A stretch of 24,105 bases of DNA. It comes from Candidatus Caldarchaeales archaeon. Lineage in GTDB: Archaea; Thermoproteota; Nitrososphaeria_A; Caldarchaeales; Wolframiiraptoraceae. The notes under the pieces were generated by a model, which saw only the letters and a program-made list of their open reading frames with translations, was not told the origin of the DNA and searched no databases. The translations under genes and the position numbers were made by a program. Positions within the stretch are counted from its first letter, which is position 1. Each line of letters opens with the position of its first letter. The DNA lies in the NCBI GenBank assembly GCA_039630055.1, contig JBCNVN010000023.1, forward strand, positions 1 to 24,105. The letters run 5' to 3'. This document shows positions 1 to 8,041 of the stretch, piece after piece.

Positions 1-806
1 TAGCAGTATCTATGGTTTTTTTGATCTCTGATTACGTCGGTGATCAGGTATCCTTTAGGCATATAGTTTTCAAATATCTTCCGAGTTACCTCTCTCCATT
101 CGATTGCAACTGCTAGATCCCTCTTCTTAGCTTGTTCTAGATCCATCGGGATCTCTAAACAGAATTTTTCGGCATTGATGTTTAGTCTATAGTCTAATAC
201 TCTGGGGAATGAGCCATCATACAATATTGTTATACTGTTATCTAGTCCGCTGATCTCTACATGATCATACTTATCGTCTGAGACAGCTTTCTCTTCACGG
301 AGTTCTATTGATTTTAGCCTCCATCTTATAAGCAGTCTATCTGATTCTAGACCTCTACTATGTGGATCACGCATCAATCCATAAAAGTTTCTCTTATACA
401 TCTCGCCCAATCCTCCCAATCTATGAATACTTATATAGGCTTCCAAAGCATTTAGAGGATCGATTAGCCAGATAGCATTATCTATACCTTCTTCTAATAA
501 TTGATCTCTCATCGCCATCTTCATCATTACTGGTAATTCACTATTCGCATATTCTGGCAGAACGCCACAGAGATGCATATAGTAGAATACTTCACCTTTA
601 CTGTAAGAGGTATATCCGCAGAGGAGGCCCACAGGTTTATTATACTCATCATATGCTACTAGGACTACTCCACCCATACTCTGGAAAGCTATCAGGATAT
701 GATATGGGATCACCTCTCCTCTTCCCCACACAATCGATTGGAATGCTTCAAGCTGCTTGAAAGATTCGCGATCACTTATTCTAACGATCTTTATGTTCTC
801 ATTCAT
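1..806 (-). CDS. GNAT-family N-acyltransferase (COG3375-like), 3'-truncated by the window edge
   Basis: Not in the ORF track. Hand translation from ATG at 806 is open to position 1: MNENIKIVRISDRESFKQLEAFQSIVWG...GGVVLVAYD...YMHLCGVLPEY...WLIDPL...NFYGLMRDPHSRGLESDRLLIRW...IPMD...EWR. The YGxMxD...GLxSDRL..W signature is typical of the COG3375 GNAT group. Confidence 0.8.
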   Translation of the reverse strand, partial: MNENIKIVRISDRESFKQLEAFQSIVWGRGEVIPYHILIAFQSMGGVVLVAYDEYNKPVGLLCGYTSYSKGEVFYYMHLCGVLPEYANSELPVMMKMAMRDQLLEEGIDNAIWLIDPLNALEAYISIHRLGGLGEMYKRNFYGLMRDPHSRGLESDRLLIRWRLKSIELREEKAVSDDKYDHVEISGLDNSITILYDGSFPRVLDYRLNINAEKFCLEIPMDLEQAKKRDLAVAIEWREVTRKIFENYMPKGYLITDVIRDQKNHRYC

Positions 807-959
807 ATTGTCTAATACAATTATGTGAAGACGGATATTAAGACTTTACCATAGTTGAGTACATGAATGATATATTGATTTAGTTTTCTAGCTATTTCTC
901 ATCAATAAGCTATATATATTTTTGAGCAAACTATTTTTCTAACCATATCTTTTAAAAGA

Positions 960-2201
960 GTGGTTCAAATGGAGATACCAAAGATCATCGGTGGAGAACC
1001 TGTTAGGAATAAGCCTTACCCTTCATGGCCCATATTTAGCGAAAAAGAAAAAGAACTTTTGATCAGTGTTTTAGAGAGTGGGGTGTGGGGAGTAGGTGGA
1101 AAACTACAAGAAGAGTTTGAAAGAAGATTTGCAGAGTTCCAAGATTCACTATATGCTGTACTGTGCTCTTCTGGGACCACAGCATTGAAGATCGCGTTGA
1201 AAGCTATGGGGATAAAACCTGGGGACGAGGTAATAATACCAGCATACACTTTTATCGGAACCGCTACAGCAGCTTTAGACCTAAATGCAAGAATAATCTA
1301 TGCAGATATCGATCTAAATACCTATACTATAGATGTAGAGAGTGTTAGAGATAAGGTAACTGAGAAGACTAAAGCTATTATTCCAGTCCATTTTGCAGGT
1401 AGACCTTCAGACATGGATGCTGTCAAAGAGTTCTCAGAAGAACACGGTCTACTTGTTCTAGAAGATGCCGCTCAATCCCATGGGGCCGAATGGAGGAATA
1501 AGAAAGTTGGAGCGATAGGCGATGCTGGAGCCTTCAGCTTTCAATCATCTAAGAATATTACTGCAGGCGAGGGTGGAGCGATTACAACAAATGATGATGA
1601 AATTGCATCTACCGCATGGTCTCTAAGAAATGTAGGGCGACCTAGAGATGGCCCATGGTATGAGCACAGAATTTATGGATGGAACTATAGAATTACGGAG
1701 TGGCAGGCAGCTGTATTGCTTGCACAGCTAGATAGAGCCCCTAAGTTGATGGAAAAGAGAGATGCTTCTGCAAAGTATTTAGAGAAAGAATTGAGAGAAG
1801 TTGATGGAATTGAACCTTTACCGAATGATAAAAAAGTAACTAGACATGCACACCACATATTTGTTCTAAAGTACAATCCGGATGAATTCAATGGTTTAAG
1901 TAAGGAATTATTTGTCGAGGCATTGAGAGCCGAAGGTATACCGTGCAATGCTGGTTATAGACCATTATATAGTTATAGTTTTCTACCAAGTTCTAGACCA
2001 TTAGAGAATACGGAGAGAGCATCTTACATAGAGGCTGTATGGCTACCACAGACAGTTCTCTTAGGTGAAGTACAAGACCTTGAAGATATATTGAGAGCAA
2101 TACTCAAGATAAAGAGATACTCTAAAGAGATAGTAGAGAAGAGGGCTAGTAGAAATCGGCAATCTACAACTCTAAAACAAAATTTAAGTAGAGAACAATG
2201 A
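960..2201 (+). CDS. DegT/DnrJ/EryC1/StrS-family PLP-dependent aminotransferase (resembles the AHBA-synthase/aminocyclitol aminotransferase subgroup)
   Basis: SGTTAL, IIPVHFAG, EDAAQSHG, FSFQSSKNITAGEGG (PLP lysine), GWNYRITEWQAA. The true start may be ATG at 969. Confidence 0.92.
   Translation: MVQMEIPKIIGGEPVRNKPYPSWPIFSEKEKELLISVLESGVWGVGGKLQEEFERRFAEFQDSLYAVLCSSGTTALKIALKAMGIKPGDEVIIPAYTFIGTATAALDLNARIIYADIDLNTYTIDVESVRDKVTEKTKAIIPVHFAGRPSDMDAVKEFSEEHGLLVLEDAAQSHGAEWRNKKVGAIGDAGAFSFQSSKNITAGEGGAITTNDDEIASTAWSLRNVGRPRDGPWYEHRIYGWNYRITEWQAAVLLAQLDRAPKLMEKRDASAKYLEKELREVDGIEPLPNDKKVTRHAHHIFVLKYNPDEFNGLSKELFVEALRAEGIPCNAGYRPLYSYSFLPSSRPLENTERASYIEAVWLPQTVLLGEVQDLEDILRAILKIKRYSKEIVEKRASRNRQSTTLKQNLSREQ
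2174..2188 (+). promoter_or_regulatory. BRE/TATA promoter of tRNA-Leu, inside the 3' end of the aminotransferase ORF
   Basis: Purine-rich AAAACAA followed by TTTAAG (2183-2188), about 30 nt upstream of the tRNA 5' end at 2216. Confidence 0.55.
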
Positions 2202-2215
2202 AATAATGGAGTAGA

Positions 2216-2315
2216 GCGGGGGTAGCCAAGCCTGGTCAAAGGCGCAGGACTGAGGCTCCTGAACTAAATTGGAGAATCCCATAGGGGTTCGTGGGTTCAA
2301 ATCCCACCCCCCGCA
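2216..2315 (+). tRNA. tRNA-Leu(GAG) with 15-nt non-canonical intron; CCA not encoded
   Basis: Acceptor stem GCGGGGG/CCCCCGC, discriminator A2315, anticodon arm CAGGA-CTGAGGC-TCCTG (GAG at 2252-2254), long variable arm CCC-ATA-GGG, T-arm GTGGG-TTCAAAT-CCCAC. 85 nt after removing 2262-2276. Confidence 0.95.
2262..2276 (+). other. BHB-type tRNA intron at position 43/44 of tRNA-Leu(GAG)
   Basis: Central helix CTCC/GGAG, bulges TG|A and AA|T, outer GG/CC helix. Cleavage after the 2nd bulge nucleotide removes exactly AACTAAATTGGAGAA and restores a normal Leu cloverleaf. Confidence 0.88.
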
Positions 2316-2481
2316 TCTACAAGATAAAGATATTAGGATGATAATAAGTTGTGTAGGGTATAATTGTTATTAATAAAAATATCAAAAAGTAAAACCACTT
2401 ATCTTACAGGAAAAAGCATAAAGCAGTCAAAACATATTATACTCTTGTATGAGGATGTAGTCAGAGTCTCGGGCCATAACA

Positions 2482-3534
2482 GTGATTGCTTGTACGATTT
2501 TGATTCTATTGGGAGTTTATACTTTAGTATCCAAGACTTATGAGGCTTTAAATAGGCCTATATCAGACAGAGAGTCAACCTTCCAAGATCTATTAGAGTT
2601 AGAAGAGAAAATGAAGGATCTTCAGAAAAAGATCGAGGAGATTGAGAGATCTTATACGATGCTTGCATCAAATTATTCTACTTTAACCTCAAACTATATA
2701 TCACTTCATCAGAATTATGGGAAGCTTCAGGATCTAATTATCCAAATATCTAAAAGAGCCTTGATGAAACCAGAAGACCTTCCGGAGATCATTGAAATAT
2801 CTACTAGAAGATCATCTAGTCTAGAACTTTTACTATATAAGATCAAAATCTCCAAAAATGACCAACCAGAGTTAAAGGCTGAGAAGATTATTAGCTGGAT
2901 ACTAAACAACTTAGAGTATATTCCTGACGACTTTCATGAAATAATTGTCTACAACAATGTCGTACAGGTGCAAGACTATGTATCTTTTCCAGATGAGGTC
3001 ATAGAGAGAGGTGGAGGAGATTGTGAGGATTTAGCAATATTAACATACGCTATCTTGGATAGAGTCTTAGGTGAGTCTGAGAGTGTCTATTTGATAGGAT
3101 TAGAAGGTGTGTCGCCTTACTCTTATCGATATAGAATAGGATGGGCTCATATGGCAGTCCTCTATAAGGTTGGAAATGAATTTATTATAATCGACCCAAC
3201 AGGAGCGTATGTAACCGATAGAAAGTATACTATGAGAATCATCATCGATAAAGTTTCAGAGGAGGGGGAGCATAAGATATTTTACTATAATCCATTGATG
3301 CTATCTCCAAAATTTAAAAATCAATTTATTAATGATGGAATAGCAGAGTTGACATTTGCAGTAGATTCATCGGTTAGGTCAGATGAAGTAAACAGAGCAA
3401 TATCTGAGTGGCTTAGGAAATGGGAAGTGTCGATACCTCAAATATATGTAAGCTTCATAGCCAATTCAACCTTTTACATGAAGTTTAACTCGACAGAGGA
3501 ATTCCTTGATTTCACCAATCTTAGAGGTCTGTAA
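2482..3534 (+). CDS. Membrane-anchored coiled-coil protein with transglutaminase-like (cysteine protease fold) domain
   Basis: N-terminal hydrophobic helix, heptad-rich segment (~aa 35-90), then P.E.IERGGGDCEDLA (Cys), WAHMAV (His) and IIDPT (Asp) triad; N-glycosylation sequons NYS and NST. Confidence 0.82.
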   Translation: MIACTILILLGVYTLVSKTYEALNRPISDRESTFQDLLELEEKMKDLQKKIEEIERSYTMLASNYSTLTSNYISLHQNYGKLQDLIIQISKRALMKPEDLPEIIEISTRRSSSLELLLYKIKISKNDQPELKAEKIISWILNNLEYIPDDFHEIIVYNNVVQVQDYVSFPDEVIERGGGDCEDLAILTYAILDRVLGESESVYLIGLEGVSPYSYRYRIGWAHMAVLYKVGNEFIIIDPTGAYVTDRKYTMRIIIDKVSEEGEHKIFYYNPLMLSPKFKNQFINDGIAELTFAVDSSVRSDEVNRAISEWLRKWEVSIPQIYVSFIANSTFYMKFNSTEEFLDFTNLRGL

Positions 3535-3951
3535 AATTAAGAAAAGAATACTAAAGAATGACGAAAAGGTTAGACTTGAAGAGGATTCCACTAAAAATAA
3601 TCTGTGAAATAGAGGTATTTACAAATTCTACTATCTTACTACGTGGAGAACCTCTCCTCAAATACTTTCAGTACCCGCTTGAGATCTATTTCTATCGAAT
3701 TTATTTCTAGTGTATCCTAACTATATCTCAACAAATTGACAAATTAATCATAGACCAATGAGAGAAGATAAATCCTAAAGTTTAATAATCATTTGAACTC
3801 TAATCAGTATTGATCTTAGACAGAGCGATAATCAGTTCTTTATGTTCAGAATATAGATAGAAAATTTCGATATCATGCTAGTGGCACATGTAACACCAAT
3901 CTTGGCTTACAACGGAAAAGATAAAAACAGCTTTATTCCGTTATCCATAGG

Positions 3952-4494
3952 ATGGATAAAAATAAGAAAGAATTAATATTTAAATATGAATTGTTTGGAA
4001 TATTCTTCATTTTTCTTCTAGGGAGCATACTACACTTTACCTTCGACATTTCCGGAGGTAACCTTATCATAGGATTATTCTCTGCAGTCAATGAGAGTGT
4101 TTGGGAGCATCTGAAATTATGTTTTTTCCCCTCAATTCTATATGCAGGGATCGAGTATAGATTTATTAAGAATGCGGCTAGGAACTTTTTCGTATCTAAG
4201 GCTGTCGGCGCATATATTATGCCTCTAATAATTGTCCTTTCATTCTATACTTACACTATGTTTATTGATGAGAATCTAGCATTAGATATTCTTATCTTCT
4301 TTATGAGTATTATGGTTGGACAGTTGACCAGCTACAGACTTATGGTTTGGGAGAAGACATTACATGCCTATACAAAGATTTCTATAATCGCTATAATTCT
4401 CTTGGCAATTCTCTTCTTTGCCTTCACCCTTTATCCACCAAGATTACCAATATTTCAAGATCCAGTTAGTGGAGAATATGGGATCATGGTGTAA
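3952..4494 (+). CDS. DUF6512-like multi-pass membrane protein
   Basis: About 5-6 hydrophobic helices with LGSILHFTF and VNESVWEHLKL motifs and C-terminal YPPxLPIFQDP. Confidence 0.75.
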   Translation: MDKNKKELIFKYELFGIFFIFLLGSILHFTFDISGGNLIIGLFSAVNESVWEHLKLCFFPSILYAGIEYRFIKNAARNFFVSKAVGAYIMPLIIVLSFYTYTMFIDENLALDILIFFMSIMVGQLTSYRLMVWEKTLHAYTKISIIAIILLAILFFAFTLYPPRLPIFQDPVSGEYGIMV

Positions 4495-4689
4495 AATATA
4501 ACTAGAAATGTATTCAAAAAGATTTGGTAAAAATCCATTGAAGACTGGAGAATAGGTACATTCGTTTTTAATATATTGTGGTACAACTTACGGTTTTCCA
4601 CATTTGGTTCTTGTATGCATTAGAATTAGAAAATGAACACTATAAAAATTATTCTTTAACTTACCATATGGAAACTATCAAATTTATAC

Positions 4690-5115
4690 CTACGGAACAG
4701 TATTTGTACACTTATTGCATTTTATGTATAAGTCAATTCTTTGTCCTATCGGCCTGGATCCAATTTCTCTAATAATCTCAGCCCATAAGTTTTCAAAGTC
4801 TTTTGACCGATAATCTTCAATCCTCCCACAATTAAGACAGACTAAATTGATATGTGGAGATATATTGGAGTCAAATCTAGAAATTCCATTACTGAATCCC
4901 ATCTCTTGGATTAACCCTATCTTAGATAGAAGATGGAGTGTCGAGTAGACAGTAGCAGGACTGATAGAGGGATGTATCTTCTTCACCTTTTCATATACTT
5001 GATAAGCGGTCGGATGCTCTCTACTTGAAAAAACTATCTCGCAAATAGCTAAACGCTGCGGTGTTACCTTAATTCTACTTTTTTTAAGTTTTTCTATGAT
5101 CTCTTCACGTCTCAT
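4690..5115 (-). CDS. perR: Fur-family regulator, PerR-like
   Basis: KVTPQRLAI, EHPTA, ISPATVYSTL, RFD, HINLVCLNCG and C-terminal CNKC (structural Zn); divergent from a DPSL gene. Confidence 0.85.
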   Translation of the reverse strand: MRREEIIEKLKKSRIKVTPQRLAICEIVFSSREHPTAYQVYEKVKKIHPSISPATVYSTLHLLSKIGLIQEMGFSNGISRFDSNISPHINLVCLNCGRIEDYRSKDFENLWAEIIREIGSRPIGQRIDLYIKCNKCTNTVP

Positions 5116-5167
5116 ACAATTTTATAATGATAGATTATTTATTTTATTTTTCTAAGAAATAATAAAG

Positions 5168-5189
5168 TTTAAATAATAATCATTATTAT
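5168..5189 (+). promoter_or_regulatory. dpsL TATA box overlapped by a Per/Fur-box-like operator
   Basis: TTTAAATA at 5168-5175 overlaps the perfect 8-1-8 palindrome ATAATAAT-C-ATTATTAT (5173-5189), similar to the Bacillus Per box TTATAATnATTATAA. Confidence 0.7.
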
Positions 5190-5208
5190 CTAATATTGAT
5201 TATAATAA

Positions 5209-5769
5209 GTGATAGAAATGGCTAGAGTTGCGAGAGAAATGGTTGAGAAAGCCGGAATAAACGTCGATCAACTTCTAGAGTTGCTTGTAAGAAATGCTGC
5301 AGCCGAATTTATAACCTACTACTATTATACAATTCTACGATGCAATCTCATAGGACTTGAAGGAGAGACTCTAAAAGAAATAACGGAGGTTGCTCGTCTT
5401 GAAGATCGTAACCATTTCGAGGCGCTCGTCCCACGCATATATGAGTTAGGAGGTAAACTTCCTGAAGATATGAAAGCATTTCACGATGTGTCAGCATGTC
5501 CACCAGCTAAACTACCCAAAGATCTAACAAATATTAAGGAAATTATAAAAGTCTTAGTTGAGGCAGAAAGATGCGCGATAAGAGGATATACTCAGATTTG
5601 TAACATGACTGCAGGAAAAGATCATAGAACATACGACTTAGCTTTGGCTATACTAAATGAAGAAGTTGAGCATGAGTCTTGGTTCTCAGAGTTTTTAGCC
5701 GAGGGGCCATCTGGACACTTTATGCGCAGAGGAGAAACATCACCATTCGTTTCGAAATTCCTGAAATGA
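5209..5769 (+). CDS. dpsL: DPS-like (DPSL) ferritin-superfamily protein; likely start ATG 5218
   Basis: NAAAEFITYYYY, EDRNHFEALVPRIYELGG, SACPPA and EAERCA (thioferritin Cys pair), EEVEHESWF, GHF. GTGA SD-like sequence precedes ATG 5218. Confidence 0.92.
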   Translation: MIEMARVAREMVEKAGINVDQLLELLVRNAAAEFITYYYYTILRCNLIGLEGETLKEITEVARLEDRNHFEALVPRIYELGGKLPEDMKAFHDVSACPPAKLPKDLTNIKEIIKVLVEAERCAIRGYTQICNMTAGKDHRTYDLALAILNEEVEHESWFSEFLAEGPSGHFMRRGETSPFVSKFLK

Positions 5770-5778
5770 TGACCTTAA

Positions 5779-5794
5779 TTTTCCTTTATTTTTT
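5779..5794 (+). terminator. Oligo-T archaeal terminator candidate for dpsL
   Basis: TTTTCCTTTATTTTTT about 10 nt after the stop codon. Confidence 0.4.
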
Positions 5795-6014
5795 CCGGAG
5801 ACAAGTAGTCGAAAAAATGAGATGTTTTTAGTATAGACTTGTAAAATGAAACCTTAAACTAGCCTAAACTTGTAGAATAGGTGATGTTTCATGGGTGTTG
5901 AAGTGCATTTCGTCGAGTGTCTGGAAAAATTGAAGGACTTGATCTATAATTCTAGGATTTATATTGTCATATTCGATTAAAGAGTAGGCTAAAAATATAG
6001 AAGATAAGAGTATC

Positions 6015-7316
6015 CTAATCTTTCATCTTTCTCACTAAATCACTTAACGTTTCGATGAATCTTTCTGCATCCTCTCTCTTCAAAATTAATGGAGGCTGTA
6101 TTCTTAGAACATTTTTGTATATTCCTCCCAATCCAACTATGAAGCCACTCTTCAACAGTCCATCCTTAATATTCTCCGATATCTTTACACCAGGCTTCTT
6201 AGAGTATTTATCTTCAACAAACTCTATACCTATCATCAAGCCTTTTCCTCTAACCTCACCAACATTCTGACTCTCTTCTTCAAGTTCTTTTAGAGCCTTT
6301 AACATATATTCACCGATTGATAAAGCGTTATCTAGTAGCTTCTCTTCCTCAACTATCTTTAGGACTGCCAGAGCCGCTGCGCAAGATATTGGGTTCCCAC
6401 CGAATGTGGAGAAATGATCTCCAGGATCCAAGGCTTCAGCAATCTCATCTGAGACCATTATTGCTCCTATGGGTAATCCTCCACCTAGAGCTTTAGCTAG
6501 AAGCATTATATCTGGCTCTACATTCCAGTGTTCACAAGCAAAGTATCTCCCTGTCCTACCTATACCTGTCTGAACTTCATCTATTATTAATGGGATCCCT
6601 CTCTCTTCTGTTATCTTTCGAAGTCTAGGTAGATACGTATCTGGTGGAACGATGATTCCACCCTCACCAAGTATAGGCTCGACAAGTACCGCTGCTACAT
6701 CTCCTCCTTCATAATGGTCGATAAGGTCGGCTATATGGTCTGCTGCCCATAATCCGAAGTCTCTTTCACTCATACCCTCTCCAAATCTATAGTAGTATGG
6801 TGGTATAGCATGTACTACTCCAGGACATGATGCAAAGTTTCCAAGCTTTGCTTTATACTTCTTTTGACCGGTTAACGTTAGAGCCAAAGCGGTTCTTCCA
6901 TGGAATGAGCCCCATAGAGAGATCGTGACCGAGCCATTCCTGCATCTATACACTGAATATTTTTTAGCAAATTTTACTGCTCCTTCAACAGCTTCAGCTC
7001 CACTATTGCAGAAGAAGCTCTTCTTTACTTTGGGAGGCGAGAGCATAGCAAGCTTTTCCGCGAGCTCTACGACTACATCTGAATAATAGAGCATAGAGAT
7101 ATGGGCATATCTCTCCAGTTGTTCTTTGATTGCTTGAACCACCTTCGGATGAAGATGCCCCACATTGTTTACGGCTATACCTGAGAAGAAGTCGAGATAT
7201 TTTTTACCAGAATAATCTTCTATCCATACTCCATATGCTCGTTTAACGATGATATCATCCCGCTTAGGAATACAGTTAATTATATAAGTAGAATCTAGAT
7301 CTTTAACCTTAGACAT
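6015..7316 (-). CDS. Class III PLP aminotransferase (4-aminobutyrate/acetylornithine aminotransferase-like; substrate not determinable)
   Basis: YLDFFSGIAV, NSGAEAVEGA, SFHGRT, EPILGEGG, DEVQTGIGRTG, PDIMLLAKALGGG, TFGGNP. Confidence 0.93.
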   Translation of the reverse strand: MSKVKDLDSTYIINCIPKRDDIIVKRAYGVWIEDYSGKKYLDFFSGIAVNNVGHLHPKVVQAIKEQLERYAHISMLYYSDVVVELAEKLAMLSPPKVKKSFFCNSGAEAVEGAVKFAKKYSVYRCRNGSVTISLWGSFHGRTALALTLTGQKKYKAKLGNFASCPGVVHAIPPYYYRFGEGMSERDFGLWAADHIADLIDHYEGGDVAAVLVEPILGEGGIIVPPDTYLPRLRKITEERGIPLIIDEVQTGIGRTGRYFACEHWNVEPDIMLLAKALGGGLPIGAIMVSDEIAEALDPGDHFSTFGGNPISCAAALAVLKIVEEEKLLDNALSIGEYMLKALKELEEESQNVGEVRGKGLMIGIEFVEDKYSKKPGVKISENIKDGLLKSGFIVGLGGIYKNVLRIQPPLILKREDAERFIETLSDLVRKMKD

Positions 7317-7428
7317 AGGTTATAGATTCTTTGAACTGATTTAAAAATTTTCAGATAACCTCACGAGTTTTATCCTGGGTTTTCAATACTCATCGAGGCC
7401 AAGGATATAAGAATTCTTAATTAGTAGA

Positions 7429-8019
7429 TTGGATATCATAAGTTTAGTGCTTATGTCTAGGAAGGTTAGAAAGATTAGACCTAAAGTATGCTTTATGGAT
7501 TTAGAGTCGACAGCATTAGATGCCGATGTAGGCTACATCGTCGGTGGTGGCTTCATGGATGAAAAGGGTAGGTTTAGATGGTTTTATAGTGATAAGCCTA
7601 TCAATGAAAGAGATACTATTGCTACGATAATTGATTATCTCTGTAAGCATCATATAGTTTTAACATGGAATGGCAGCCGATTCGATCTACCATTCATAAC
7701 AGCTAGAGCGGTTAAACATAACCTTAGAGCTGAGCTTATCTATAAACCTACACATATAGATTTATCAGAGTTTACTCGTAGCTACTTCAAGCTTTCCTTC
7801 ATAAACCTATATCATGTCGCCCGATTCTTCAACATATTTAAAGATATAAGTATAGAGGGGATAGATGTGCCGTCACTCTATCTAAAGGCAATAGAAGGCG
7901 ATAAAAGATCTGCTGCAAAAATCAAGAAACATTGTAGGGATGATCTTGAAGTATTAAGGAGAGTCTACTTTAAGATATTGCCAGTTTTAAGAGAAGTTAA
8001 ACCTGAGCTAGCAATATAA
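7429..8019 (+). CDS. RNase H-like DEDD 3'-5' exonuclease (YprB / RNase_H_2-like); likely start ATG 7453
   Basis: ExoI DLES, ExoII TWNGSRFDLPF, HIDL, ExoIII HCRDDL. Confidence 0.85.
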   Translation: MDIISLVLMSRKVRKIRPKVCFMDLESTALDADVGYIVGGGFMDEKGRFRWFYSDKPINERDTIATIIDYLCKHHIVLTWNGSRFDLPFITARAVKHNLRAELIYKPTHIDLSEFTRSYFKLSFINLYHVARFFNIFKDISIEGIDVPSLYLKAIEGDKRSAAKIKKHCRDDLEVLRRVYFKILPVLREVKPELAI

Positions 8020-8041
8020 TAGTTTAAGTTTAATATTATTT

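Noticed and set aside
5879-5980. 29-codon ORF MGVEVHFVECLEKLKDLIYNSRIYIVIFD (5891-5980) preceded by AGGTGA
   Set aside because: Good SD but too short and unrecognisable; it could be a gene remnant, which cannot be supported without a search.
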